DNA from: Eubacteriales bacterium
Lineage (GTDB): Bacteria; Bacillota; Clostridia; Oscillospirales; CAG-272
Assembly (NCBI GenBank): GCA_045656745.1
Contig: JAZORT010000039.1
Location: forward strand, 2,067-66,066
DNA length: 64,000 nucleotides
Direction: 5' to 3'
Numbering within the stretch: the stretch's first letter is position 1; every line of letters starts with the position of its first letter. Positions 8,875 to 18,427 of this stretch are shown here, one piece after another. Position numbers and translations under genes: made by a program. Below the pieces are notes generated by a model. The model was not told the origin of the DNA, searched no databases, and saw nothing but the letters and a program-made list of their open reading frames with translations.

Positions 8875-10716
8875 ATGGAAAACAAGATAAAAACCGTACC
8901 TTACTATGAAACAAAAATTACCGACGGATTTTGGAAAGACAGACAAGAGCTTAACCGCCGTGTTACCATAAAAGCGGTCTATGATAGATTTTACGAGACG
9001 GGAAGAATAGGCGCCTTTAAGTTTGATTGGAACGGCGACGAGGAAACAATGCCTCACTATTTCTGGGACTCGGATGTTGCAAAGTGGATTGAGGGCGTTG
9101 CTTACCTTACCAAGGAAAAGCCCGAGCCCGCTCTTGAGGCTCTTTGTGACGAAATAATCGATGATGTAATTAAAAACCAGGGCGAGGACGGATATTTTAA
9201 CATTTATTTTACCGTAGTTGAGCCCGACAAGCGCTTTGCCGACAGAGATAAGCACGAGCTTTACTGTGCAGGCCACCTCTTCGAGGCAGCGGTTGCATAT
9301 TTCGAAGCAACGGGAAAGAGAAAGCTCCTTGACGCTATGTGCAAATATGCCGACTATATCTATGACCGCTTTATGATAAAGCAGGATGCGGGATTTGTTA
9401 CCTCGGGTCACGAGGAGATAGAGCTTGCTCTCTTCCGCCTTTATGAATGTACGGGCGAGAAAAGGTATTTCGACCTTGCCGAATTCTTCATTAACCAAAG
9501 AGGAAACAACGATAAGGATCCGACTCTCTCTCCCACCGCCACCCACGCCTACAATCAGTCCCACCTCCCCGTAAGACGTCAAAGAACCGCCGAGGGACAC
9601 GCCGTAAGAGCGATGTATATTTACTCGGCAATGGCTGACCTTGCAAGATATACCGATGATAAAGAGCTTTTTGTTGCCTGCGATGCTATTTTTGACAATG
9701 TTGTAAGCCGAAGAATGTATATTACGGGCGGTGTGGGCTCAACCGCAACGGGCGAGGCGTTTACAGTAGATTACGACCTCTCCAATCTTCTTGCTTATTC
9801 AGAAACCTGTGCCGCGATCGGTCTTGTTATGTTTGCAAACAGAATGCTTACCATAAAGCCCGATTCCAAGTATTCCGACATTGTTGAGCGTGTCCTTTAC
9901 AACGGCTTCCTCTCCTCGACATCTCTTTCGGGAGACCACTTCTTCTACCGCAACCCCCTTGAAACTATGCCCTATCTCTTAACGCGAGATAAGGTAGCAG
10001 AGTATTATATGATAAAATTCCCCCTTTGCGAGCGAGTTAAGGTGTTTAAAACCTCCTGCTGTCCCTGCAACATTGTGCGCTTTGTTTCCTCAATGAGCAA
10101 TCTTGTTTTCGGTGATGACGGGGATAGACTCTTCATTCATCAGTATATGAATGCCGAAACCGAGCTTAAAAGGGACGGCAAGACTGTTAAGGTAAATATA
10201 AACACCCGCTTCCCCGAGGACGGAAGGGTAGAAATAAAGGTATCGGGCGCGAGCCTTCCCATAGCCGTAAGAATACCCTATTGGCATAAGGGCTACAAGG
10301 GCGAAACCAAGGACGGATATGCCTATTTCGACCTTTGTGACGGTGAGAGCGTTTGCCTTGACTTTGATATGACTCCAAGATTTGTTGAAGCCCGCCCCGA
10401 GGTGCTTTTCTCTGCGGATAAGTGTGCGGTAATGCGCGGTCCCGTAGTCTATTGCTCGGAGGCTGTGGATAACGGACCCTATCTTCGTAACATAAGACTT
10501 GACAGATGTGGTATAATAGATGTGTCAGACTCCTCCGAGTACGGAATGCCCACCCTTTTGGCAGACGGCTATCGCCGAGTATTGCCCGAGGACGCACCCC
10601 TTTACAGCGAGGGACTTTCCAAATACGAGCCCACAAAGGTAAAGATGATACCCTACTATGCCTTTGCAAACAGAGGCGAGTGCGAGATGACGGTTTGGCA
10701 CAATATTAAAGTATAA
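8875..10716 (+). CDS. Glycoside hydrolase family 127 (beta-L-arabinofuranosidase-like)
   Basis: FWDSDVAKWIE, HELYCAGHL, GHEEIELAL, GHAVRA, YSETCAAIG, SCCPCN, IPYYAFANRG; no signal peptide. Confidence 0.92.
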   Translation: MENKIKTVPYYETKITDGFWKDRQELNRRVTIKAVYDRFYETGRIGAFKFDWNGDEETMPHYFWDSDVAKWIEGVAYLTKEKPEPALEALCDEIIDDVIKNQGEDGYFNIYFTVVEPDKRFADRDKHELYCAGHLFEAAVAYFEATGKRKLLDAMCKYADYIYDRFMIKQDAGFVTSGHEEIELALFRLYECTGEKRYFDLAEFFINQRGNNDKDPTLSPTATHAYNQSHLPVRRQRTAEGHAVRAMYIYSAMADLARYTDDKELFVACDAIFDNVVSRRMYITGGVGSTATGEAFTVDYDLSNLLAYSETCAAIGLVMFANRMLTIKPDSKYSDIVERVLYNGFLSSTSLSGDHFFYRNPLETMPYLLTRDKVAEYYMIKFPLCERVKVFKTSCCPCNIVRFVSSMSNLVFGDDGDRLFIHQYMNAETELKRDGKTVKVNINTRFPEDGRVEIKVSGASLPIAVRIPYWHKGYKGETKDGYAYFDLCDGESVCLDFDMTPRFVEARPEVLFSADKCAVMRGPVVYCSEAVDNGPYLRNIRLDRCGIIDVSDSSEYGMPTLLADGYRRVLPEDAPLYSEGLSKYEPTKVKMIPYYAFANRGECEMTVWHNIKV

Positions 10717-10727
10717 AGGCAAATAAA

Positions 10728-11555
10728 ATGAAAAGCTATAAGGTTGTAGTAAGCGATCTTGACGGAACGCTCTTGAACGGAAAAAAGGAAATCAGCGAAG
10801 AAAATCTTCTTGCCATAAGAGAAATGGCAGAGCGCGGAGTGCATTTTGTTGCTTCGAGCGGAAGATGCCTTTCCGAGTTTCCTAAGGAAATATTGGCAAT
10901 CCCCGAAATAAAGTATGTTTCCTGCTCCGACGGCGCGGTTATTTATAAAAAAGAGGACGGCACCCCCATAGTAAAAAACTATATGCCCCCCGACCTTGCC
11001 ACAGCCTGCGCCGACATAATTGCCGACTACGACACTATGACCCTTCTCCATAAGAAGGGCGAGCTTTATATCGACAGAGATAAAAACAATCACGAAAAGC
11101 ATATTTATTTCAACGCGCCCTATGCCTTTGAGTATGTTGCAAGCCTTGTGGGCATTGAAACCGACAGCACCTTGGACGAGGCGCGGGGAAATAGCTTTGT
11201 TGAGCTTTTTTGCCCCTTTTTCCGTTATGAAAAGGAGCTTTTGGAATGCGTGGAGAGGCTTCGCGCCCTTGGTAACGTGAAGATTGCCGCCTCGGAAAAG
11301 TATAATATTGAAGTGTTTTACGAGAGCGCCGGAAAGGGCAGGGCGCTTTATCCCCTTGCCGAATTTCTCGGCTGCGATATTTCCGAGATAATTGCCGTAG
11401 GCGACTCGAAAAACGATATTGAAATGGTTGAGCAAGCAGGGCTCGGTCTTGCTATGAGCAACGCTATGGCAGAGCTAAAGGAAACCGCTGATTGCATTAT
11501 CTGCTCAAACGAAGAGCACTCCGCAAAATACATTCTTGAAAATTATATAAAATAA
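10728..11555 (+). CDS. Cof-type HAD-IIB hydrolase
   Basis: SDLDGTLL, ASSGR, GKGRAL, AVGDSKNDIEM. Confidence 0.9.
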   Translation: MKSYKVVVSDLDGTLLNGKKEISEENLLAIREMAERGVHFVASSGRCLSEFPKEILAIPEIKYVSCSDGAVIYKKEDGTPIVKNYMPPDLATACADIIADYDTMTLLHKKGELYIDRDKNNHEKHIYFNAPYAFEYVASLVGIETDSTLDEARGNSFVELFCPFFRYEKELLECVERLRALGNVKIAASEKYNIEVFYESAGKGRALYPLAEFLGCDISEIIAVGDSKNDIEMVEQAGLGLAMSNAMAELKETADCIICSNEEHSAKYILENYIK

Positions 11556-11564
11556 ACCTTTCGG

Positions 11565-11609
11565 TTATTATATCCCGGAGCCTCTCATATTCTTTTATGA
11601 GAGGCTTTT
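11565..11609 (+). promoter_or_regulatory. Terminator hairpin overlapping a SigE-like promoter
   Basis: AGCCTCTCATA/TATGAGAGGCT followed by TTT; TTATTAT-N14-CATATTCT (11565-11593). Confidence 0.45.
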
Positions 11610-11635
11610 GCCTATATTTTTTCCGAGGGCGTAAT

Positions 11636-13153
11636 ATGGATTCAAGATTAAGATTTTATAAAAGCGGGCTTATGCTCACCTTTGTAGCCTTGGCTATGCG
11701 AACGGTGTCTTTGTTTTTCGGAGCATTTATTTCTCGAACAGTGGGCGCCGAGGGAGTTGGAATTTACACTCTTATTATGACCGTTTATTCCTTTGCGGTG
11801 ACCTTTGCAACCTCGGGCGTGAGTCTTACGGTAACAAGGCTCGTTGCCTCGAAAATAGGAGAGGGAAAGGGCGCAGAGGTGGTCGGTGTCCTTAAAGCCT
11901 CTTCGGCGTATGCCCTCTTTTTTGGCGCGGTGGCGAATTTTCTGCTATTTTTCGGCGCGGAGCTTTTGGGAGAGGGAGTCCTTGGTGACGCGCGGACTGT
12001 TGACGCTATACGGGTTTTGTCCTTTTCCTTGGCGCCGATAGCTCTCGGCTCGGTTTTTTCGGGCTATTTTGTGGGTGTAAAGCGGGTCGGCTTTAACGCA
12101 TCGGTTCAGGTAATTGCTCAATTTGTGAAAATATTCCTTACAACAGTCCTTGTGAGCGCAAGAATAAACGAGGGCGTTGAGCGGGCGGTTTTAGCCCTCT
12201 GCCTTTCAATAACCTTAACCGAGCTTTTGGCTTTCGGAATAATTTTTCTCGAGTTTTTGTATGACGGACGAAGGCGCGGGGGCAACAAGCCCTCCTCGGA
12301 GCTGTCAGCGGTTGTGAAAATGGCATTACCGCTTGCTTTTTCGGCGTATGTGAGGAGTGCGCTTTTGAATATCGAGCATATCCTTATTCCGCGAAAGCTT
12401 CGTCAGCGGGGCGAGAGCGAGGGAGAGGCATATTCTCATTACGGCGCACTGCACGGCATGGCTCTTCCGCTGATACTTTACCCCCTCTCGCCTCTTTCTT
12501 CCTTTGCGGGACTTCTTGTGCCCGAGTTTGCCGAGGATATGTCGGCAGGGCGAAATAAAAGAATGGAAAGGGTGGCAACGCGGGCAATGACTCTGACCCT
12601 TAGCTATGCGGTTATCTGCGCCACCCTTATCTACCTGTTCGCCGAGGAGCTGGGGTATGTAATATACGATTCCTTTGAGGCGGGGTATTATGTATCTCTG
12701 CTCGCCCTCGTTATCCCCATAATGTATCTTGACCATGTTGCCGACTCAATGCTAAAGGGCATTGGCGAGCAGGTGTTTTCTATGTGGGTCAATATAACCG
12801 ACTCAATGATTTCTGTTGCCCTGGTATGGTTTTTAATACCGCGACTCGGTATTCTCGGCTACGCCCTTGTTATCGTTATAATGGAGGGATATAATTTCTT
12901 GCTCTCCGTCTTTAGGCTTAGAAAGAAAATAAAGTTTAAAATAGACCTTGAGGAGGGAATATTTATCCCGCTTTTAGCCTCTGTCGGCTCGGCATTCCTC
13001 ACCCGTCATCTGTTTTCATTCGAAGGAAAGGGAGCTGTGGGAGTATGGCTTACCTTGAAGATTACATTTGCTCTCTCTGTAACGCTCTTCCTCTTTTTAA
13101 CCCTGCGCGCCTTGGCAGAAAGACGAAAAAAGAGAGCCGTTTTTGAAAAATAA
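11636..13153 (+). CDS. spoVB: SpoVB-like polysaccharide/lipid II flippase (MOP superfamily)
   Basis: Many TM segments; ISRTVGAEGVGIYTLI, GMALPLILYP, LKGIGEQ. Start placed at ATG 11636. Confidence 0.75.
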   Translation: MDSRLRFYKSGLMLTFVALAMRTVSLFFGAFISRTVGAEGVGIYTLIMTVYSFAVTFATSGVSLTVTRLVASKIGEGKGAEVVGVLKASSAYALFFGAVANFLLFFGAELLGEGVLGDARTVDAIRVLSFSLAPIALGSVFSGYFVGVKRVGFNASVQVIAQFVKIFLTTVLVSARINEGVERAVLALCLSITLTELLAFGIIFLEFLYDGRRRGGNKPSSELSAVVKMALPLAFSAYVRSALLNIEHILIPRKLRQRGESEGEAYSHYGALHGMALPLILYPLSPLSSFAGLLVPEFAEDMSAGRNKRMERVATRAMTLTLSYAVICATLIYLFAEELGYVIYDSFEAGYYVSLLALVIPIMYLDHVADSMLKGIGEQVFSMWVNITDSMISVALVWFLIPRLGILGYALVIVIMEGYNFLLSVFRLRKKIKFKIDLEEGIFIPLLASVGSAFLTRHLFSFEGKGAVGVWLTLKITFALSVTLFLFLTLRALAERRKKRAVFEK

Positions 13154-13198
13154 AAAACAGCGTGTTCGGCATAAAATCAGCCTAAAACACGCTGTTTT
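13154..13198. terminator. Bidirectional terminator
   Basis: AAAACAGCGTGTT ... AACACGCTGTTTT between convergent genes. Confidence 0.7.
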
Positions 13199-13215
13199 GT
13201 CAACTCATATTGACA

Positions 13216-14547
13216 TTATTTAAAGAAACTCTGTTGTTCGGAGTCCTCGGAGCTCTTTTTCTTAGACTCCTTTTCTTCATCTTCCTCGTCCTCGCACTCG
13301 CGGAGGTCGGTTACATGAACATTCTCAATTCTTCTTCCGTCAAGCTCAAGCACCTCAACCTTTAAGCCGTACTGCTCAAAGGTGTCGCCAACCTCGGGAA
13401 GTCTGCCGAGAGCCTCCATGGCCCAGCCGTTGATTGTTACAAGCTCGGACTCGCTTTCGGGATTGATGTCGAGAAGGTCGAAGAGCTTGTCGGTGTTGGA
13501 TTTACCGGAAACTATGTATTCCTTTTCGCCAACCTCGCGGATTTCCTCGATAACCTCATCGTGCTCGTCCCAAATCTCGCCTACTATCTCCTCAAGAATA
13601 TCCTCGAGAGTAACGATACCTGCGGTAGAGCCGTATTCGTCGGTAACAACTGCAAGGTGGAGCTGTTTTTCCTGAAGCTCCTTCATAAGCTCGTTAACCT
13701 GCTGTGTTGTGGCAACGAACATTACGGGTTTAAGAATATCTGTAATCGGCGTTGCTTTGCCGAATGCCTTAGTGTAAAAGTCTTTGTAGTAAAGAATGCC
13801 GATAACATTGTCAAGGTCGTCCTCGTAAATCGGAATTCTGGAATATCCCGATTCGGCAAAGGTCTTTGCAACCGTAGCCTTGTCAGCATCGTGGGGCAGG
13901 GCGGTAATGTCTATTCTGGGAGTAAAGATGTCGCTGACCTCAAGGTCGCCAAACTCGATAGCACTCTTGATAAGTGTGCTCTCCTCCTCGTCAATGCCTC
14001 CGTCCTCTTCGGCCTCTTCAATAATGGAAATAAGCTCTTCTTCGGTCATACCCTGGTCGTCGTCAGACTTGAATATCTTGCCGAGCAGGGTCTGCCAGCC
14101 CTTGAAAATAAGGTTTATGGGGGTGAGGAGTATGCGGACAAGGTTGATAAAGGGAGCAGAGAACAAAACAAACTTTTCGGGCAGCTTCTTCGCTATGGTT
14201 TTTGGCGAAATCTCACCGAAAACAAGAACAACCAAGGTCAGCGAAACGGTAGAAACCGTTGCCGCAAGGTCGGCGTTTGAGGTGATGATCTCCGCAAAGA
14301 AGAGGGTTGCAAGAGATGCCGCAAGAATGTTAACTATGTTGTTGCCGATAAGTATCGTCGAAATAAGCGAGTCGTAGTTGTCCTCCAGCTTTAAAACGAG
14401 CGATGCCTTCTTGTTGCCCTTTTCCGCCATAGTCTTTATCCTCGCCTTGTTAAAGGTGGAAAAGGCGGTCTCGGTTGCCGAGAAGTAAGCAGACAGAATG
14501 ATACAAACTGCGATTATTACCAGATAGGTTATTAAATGAGGTTCCAT
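13216..14547 (-). CDS. CNNM/HlyC/CorC-family transporter (DUF21 + CBS pair + CorC_HlyC)
   Basis: SAYFSATETAF, TILIGNNIVNI, VFGEISPK, SGYSRIPIY, VTDEYGSTAGIVTLEDILEEIVGEIWDEHD; acidic tail. Start placed at ATG 14547. Confidence 0.92.
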   Translation of the reverse strand: MEPHLITYLVIIAVCIILSAYFSATETAFSTFNKARIKTMAEKGNKKASLVLKLEDNYDSLISTILIGNNIVNILAASLATLFFAEIITSNADLAATVSTVSLTLVVLVFGEISPKTIAKKLPEKFVLFSAPFINLVRILLTPINLIFKGWQTLLGKIFKSDDDQGMTEEELISIIEEAEEDGGIDEEESTLIKSAIEFGDLEVSDIFTPRIDITALPHDADKATVAKTFAESGYSRIPIYEDDLDNVIGILYYKDFYTKAFGKATPITDILKPVMFVATTQQVNELMKELQEKQLHLAVVTDEYGSTAGIVTLEDILEEIVGEIWDEHDEVIEEIREVGEKEYIVSGKSNTDKLFDLLDINPESESELVTINGWAMEALGRLPEVGDTFEQYGLKVEVLELDGRRIENVHVTDLRECEDEEDEEKESKKKSSEDSEQQSFFK

Positions 14548-14617
14548 GATTTTGTTTTTAGTGAAAATTCCTTTCGAAAATAATTGTTTTTTTGAAAACG
14601 GGGAATTAGAAAACAGC

Positions 14618-14668
14618 AAAAAAAGGCATAACCGTACCCTTTTTTCACAAAAAAAGTGCGGCTAAGCC
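14618..14668 (-). terminator. Intrinsic terminator in the CNNM gene leader
   Basis: Minus strand GGCTTAGCCGCACTTTTT...AAAAAGGGTACGGTTATGCC followed by T7. Confidence 0.75.
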
Positions 14669-14730
14669 TGCAAAGACGAATATTTACTTATACTATCGGG
14701 ACAATTATCCGCGTCCGCGCCGTCGTCCAT
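14662..14730 (-). CDS. Putative leader peptide MDDGADADNCPDSISKYSSLQA (22 aa)
   Basis: GGAGG RBS at 14739-14735, ATG 14730, TAG 14664-14662 inside the terminator 5' arm. Too short for the ORF track. Confidence 0.65.
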   Translation of the reverse strand: MDDGADADNCPDSISKYSSLQA

Positions 14731-14786
14731 ATTTCCTCCGAAAAAATTCGCTTTTGAGGCATCCCTCAAAGCGTTTTACGCAATAT

Positions 14787-14815
14787 ATGATACCATAATT
14801 TTTGCCTAAAGTCAA
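14787..14815 (-). promoter_or_regulatory. SigA promoter for the leader-CNNM transcript
   Basis: TTGACT (14815-14810), N17 with TG, TATCAT (14792-14787). Confidence 0.65.
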
Positions 14816-14933
14816 TAGCTTTTTTGTTTTTTTGCTCCCGATTTTTTAAAAGAGCAGGCTTTTTACCCCGAAAACAGCCGAAAATGCCTTGAAATTAAAG
14901 CGAAAAATATGCTGAAAAAAAGCAAAATACCCC

Positions 14934-14962
14934 TTGACTTCCTTACATTTATATGCTATAAT
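14934..14962 (+). promoter_or_regulatory. SigA promoter
   Basis: TTGACT 14934-14939, N17 ending TGC, TATAAT 14957-14962. Confidence 0.7.
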
Positions 14963-15001
14963 AGAAAAAAATGTGCCGAAAGGAAGGTAGTTTTTATAGC
15001 T

Positions 15002-15694
15002 ATGCCCTCGTTTAACGAAATAATTACTGCCGATTTTGACTTTGCGGCACTTAAAGAGCTTTTCTTTAAGATTTACACAAATCCCACCATCGAGGAGTTT
15101 ATCTCCCATATCCGTAACTTTATCGAGGGACTTCCTCCTTTTGTTTGGGCGGTTATTTTGGGCGGTCTCGGTCTTGTTCTTTCCAACTTCGGTAAGAAAA
15201 TTCTCGCTATCCCCACTATCATTCTCTCTGCCGCTTTCGGCTTTGTTATGGGATATTTCGCGCTCTCGCCTCTCCTGGTTTCGCTTGTTGAAAAGCTGGA
15301 GTTTTTGCAATCCTTCGTAACTATCGACCCCGTTGTCGTTGGTATAATCTGTGCCGCCATAGGCGCGCTTCTCTTCCTTCCTCTTTACTTTGTTGGATAT
15401 GTTGCGGGCTTCGCTTATTCGGCTTATATCCTTTCCTATCCTCTGTTCGAGAAGCTTATCGGCGAGGGTGCTGCTCCCTTTGCAGCGCTTGGCGTCCTTG
15501 TGGGCGTTGTTATCCTTACCCTTATGTTCCGTAAGTGGGTGGAGATGTGCGGTACTGCCGTTATCGGTGCGTATTTCGTAATGCTCGCCATAAACCAGGT
15601 GGTTCTTCTTTATGCGGTTGTCAACTATATTATCTGGGGCGTTCTGGCAGTTCAGGGCGCGGTTGTTCAGATAAAAACAAGACGCAGATATTGA
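15002..15694 (+). CDS. Integral membrane protein (DUF4203/TMEM198-like)
   Basis: About 7 Gly-rich hydrophobic segments, GTAVIGAY motif, basic C-terminus. Start placed at ATG 15002. Confidence 0.6.
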   Translation: MPSFNEIITADFDFAALKELFFKIYTNPTIEEFISHIRNFIEGLPPFVWAVILGGLGLVLSNFGKKILAIPTIILSAAFGFVMGYFALSPLLVSLVEKLEFLQSFVTIDPVVVGIICAAIGALLFLPLYFVGYVAGFAYSAYILSYPLFEKLIGEGAAPFAALGVLVGVVILTLMFRKWVEMCGTAVIGAYFVMLAINQVVLLYAVVNYIIWGVLAVQGAVVQIKTRRRY

Positions 15695-15699
15695 TTTTC

Positions 15700-15731
15700 A
15701 AATGCCCGATTTTTTTCGGGCATTTTCTTTT
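15700..15731 (+). terminator. Intrinsic terminator
   Basis: AAATGCCCGA / TCGGGCATTT followed by a T-rich tail. Confidence 0.7.
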
Positions 15732-15877
15732 TATATTTTTAATTTTACTTTAATATATATATTGACTTTTTTATAATTTTGTAGTAAAATATTATGGACG
15801 GCAAATTTTGCCTTCTTTGTGTGATAATAAAAATAAAAAATATTGCGAAAGCAACCTTATACGGTAAAGGAGCGAAA

Positions 15878-16717
15878 ATGGACAAGAAAAAACAACTTGA
15901 ACTCTCTCGCAAGGCGAATGATGTTCGCATTGACGTAATCGAAGGAGTCTACAACGCAGGCTGCGGCCATCCCGGCGGATCGCTTTCAATAGCGGACGTT
16001 ATGACCTACCTCTATTTTGAAGAGCTTAAGGTCGACCCCAAAAATCCTAAGTGGGAGGAGCGTGACCGCTTCGTTCTCTCTAAGGGTCACACAGCCCCCG
16101 TTCTTTACGCTGTGCTTGCAGAGCGCGGCTTCTTCCCTAAGGAAGACATCAAAACTTTAAGAAAAACCACCTCTTATCTTCAGGGCCACCCCGATATGAA
16201 GGGCACCCCCGGCGTAGATATGACCACCGGCTCTCTCGGCCTTGGCTTCTCTGCCGCTTGCGGTATGGCTCTCTCGGGTAAAATCAATAAGAAGGATTAC
16301 CGTGTTTACACCGTTCTCGGTGACGGTGAGACCGAGGAGGGTCAGGTTTGGGAGGCGGCTATGTTCGCATCTCACTATAAGCTTGATAACCTTGTTGCAG
16401 TTGTTGACTGGAACGGCCTCCAGATTGACGGACCTATTGCAGAGGTTATGAACCCCACTCCTCACGATGAAAAGTTCCGTGCCTTCGGTTGGCACGTAAT
16501 TTCTATCGATGCTCACGATTTTGGTGCTATCGAGGCAGCGTTTGCCGAAGCAAAGACCGTTTCGGGCAAGCCCACCGTTATTATTGCAAAGTCGGTTAAG
16601 GGTAAGGGCGTTTCTTATATGGAAAATGCTTGTGAGTGGCACGGTCAGGCTCCTAAGGAAGACCTTTATAAGGTAGCTATCCAGGACCTTGAGAATATCG
16701 CAGCGAGCTTGAAATAA
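15878..16717 (+). CDS. Transketolase, N-terminal (TPP-binding) subunit
   Basis: GHPGGSLS, DRFVLSKGH, LQGHP, GDGE..EGQVWEA, WHG; AAGGAG RBS before ATG 15878. Confidence 0.92.
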   Translation: MDKKKQLELSRKANDVRIDVIEGVYNAGCGHPGGSLSIADVMTYLYFEELKVDPKNPKWEERDRFVLSKGHTAPVLYAVLAERGFFPKEDIKTLRKTTSYLQGHPDMKGTPGVDMTTGSLGLGFSAACGMALSGKINKKDYRVYTVLGDGETEEGQVWEAAMFASHYKLDNLVAVVDWNGLQIDGPIAEVMNPTPHDEKFRAFGWHVISIDAHDFGAIEAAFAEAKTVSGKPTVIIAKSVKGKGVSYMENACEWHGQAPKEDLYKVAIQDLENIAASLK

Positions 16718-16731
16718 GGAGGAAAAAGAAA

Positions 16732-17676
16732 ATGGCAGATAAAAAAGCAACCAGAGAAGCCTACGGCGCGGCTCTTGCCGAGCTTGGCGAAAAATATGAC
16801 TTCGTTGTTCTTGACGCAGACCTTGCTGCTGCAACCAAGACCGGAGTATTTAAGAAAAAGTTCCCCGAAAGATTCTTTGACTGCGGTATCGCAGAGGGCA
16901 ATATGGTAAGCGTTGCGGCAGGTATCGCAACCACCGGCCAGAAGGTTTTCGCAACCTCCTTCGCTATGTTTGCAGCAGGCAGAGCCTATGAGCAGATAAG
17001 AAACTCTATCGGTTACCCCCACCTTAATGTTAATATTGTAGGTACTCACGCCTCTATCACCGTTGGTGAAGACGGCGCAACCCACCAGTGCAGCGAGGAC
17101 CTTGCGCTTATGCGTACCATTCCCGGCATGTCGGTAATCTGTCCCGCAGATGCTACCGAGGCTTATGCCGCAGTTGAGGCTGTTCTTAATCACGAGGGTC
17201 CCTGCTATCTCCGTTTCGGCAGATTTGCAGTGCCCGATCTTACCGCAGAAATGCCCGAGTATAAGTTCGAGCTTGGCAAGGGTGTTACATACCGCGAGGG
17301 TAAGGATGTTACCATTGTTGCAAACGGATATATGGTACACCTTGCGCTTGAGGCTGCCGAAATCCTTAAAGCTGAGGGTATTGACGCAGGCGTTATCAAT
17401 ATGCATACTATAAAGCCTCTTGACACCGAGCTTCTTGCTAAGGCAGCAAAGAACAGCGGCGCTATCGTTACCGCAGAGGAGCACAGCGTTATCGGCGGTC
17501 TCGGCGCAGCAGTTTGTGAGGCTCTTGCAGAGAGCTGTCCCGTTCCCGTAATGCGTGTTGGCGTTCAGGATACCTTTGGCAGAAGCGGTAAGGTGCCCGA
17601 GCTTCTTGAAATGTACGGTCTCACCGCACAGAATATTGCAGAGAACGCTCGCCGCGCAATAGCTCTTAAGAAGTAA
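16732..17676 (+). CDS. Transketolase, C-terminal subunit
   Basis: GIAEGNM, RAYEQIRN, GEDGATHQ, TIKPLD, EEHSVIGGLG. Confidence 0.92.
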   Translation: MADKKATREAYGAALAELGEKYDFVVLDADLAAATKTGVFKKKFPERFFDCGIAEGNMVSVAAGIATTGQKVFATSFAMFAAGRAYEQIRNSIGYPHLNVNIVGTHASITVGEDGATHQCSEDLALMRTIPGMSVICPADATEAYAAVEAVLNHEGPCYLRFGRFAVPDLTAEMPEYKFELGKGVTYREGKDVTIVANGYMVHLALEAAEILKAEGIDAGVINMHTIKPLDTELLAKAAKNSGAIVTAEEHSVIGGLGAAVCEALAESCPVPVMRVGVQDTFGRSGKVPELLEMYGLTAQNIAENARRAIALKK

Positions 17677-17697
17677 TTTTCAAACGGGAGTCGGTAT

Positions 17698-18399
17698 ATG
17701 AAAAGAATATTGTTAAAGCTTTCCGGCGAGGCTCTCGCTAACGGAAACGAATGTAATATTTACGATGCGCCCTATGTGGACGAGGTTGCCGCCGCTATAA
17801 AGAAGTGCGCGGATAAGGGTCTCGAGCTTGCTCTCGTGGTCGGCGCAGGTAATATCTGGCGCGGCAGAAGCGGTACCGAGATGAACCACACCGCCGCAGA
17901 CCATATGGGTATGCTGGCAACGGTTATCAACTCTATCTATCTTAAAGACGCACTTATCCGCGCAGGCGCGGAGTGCGAGGTTATGACCGCAGTTCCTATG
18001 ATGCCCTTTGCCGAGGGATATTCGGCAGATAAGGCAGTTTCCGCTCTCAAGGCGGGTAAGATAGTCATTTTCGGCGCAGGTCTCGGAATTCCTTTCCTCT
18101 CCACCGACACCGCAGGTGTTGTAAGAGCGGCTGAAATCGGAGCAGACGCTATGTTTATGGCTAAAAATGTTGACTATATTTATACCGATGACCCCAGAAA
18201 AAATCCCGACGCCAAGAAGCTTGAGAGAGTTAAGGCATCGGAGATATTGGCTATGAATCTTAAAGCGATAGATTCTACCGCCGCGGCGTTTTCAATGTCT
18301 AACAACCTTCCTATTCACGTTTTCGGCTTCCGCTCTCCCGAGGATATCGTAAGAGCGCTTGCGGGCGAGAAGGTTGGAACTGTAATTACCGCCGAATAA
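17698..18399 (+). CDS. pyrH: UMP kinase
   Basis: RILLKLSGEAL, GAGNIWRG, DHMGMLAT, STDTA. Confidence 0.95.
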   Translation: MKRILLKLSGEALANGNECNIYDAPYVDEVAAAIKKCADKGLELALVVGAGNIWRGRSGTEMNHTAADHMGMLATVINSIYLKDALIRAGAECEVMTAVPMMPFAEGYSADKAVSALKAGKIVIFGAGLGIPFLSTDTAGVVRAAEIGADAMFMAKNVDYIYTDDPRKNPDAKKLERVKASEILAMNLKAIDSTAAAFSMSNNLPIHVFGFRSPEDIVRALAGEKVGTVITAE

Positions 18400-18427
18400 T
18401 TTAAAATAAAGAAAGGACAGCAAAAAA

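Noticed and set aside
14548..14619. N-terminal extension of the CNNM ORF given in the ORF track
   Set aside because: It begins in the terminator T-tract with no RBS. ATG 14547 fits the family start better, although its own SD (AAAGGA) is unusually distant, about 21 nt.
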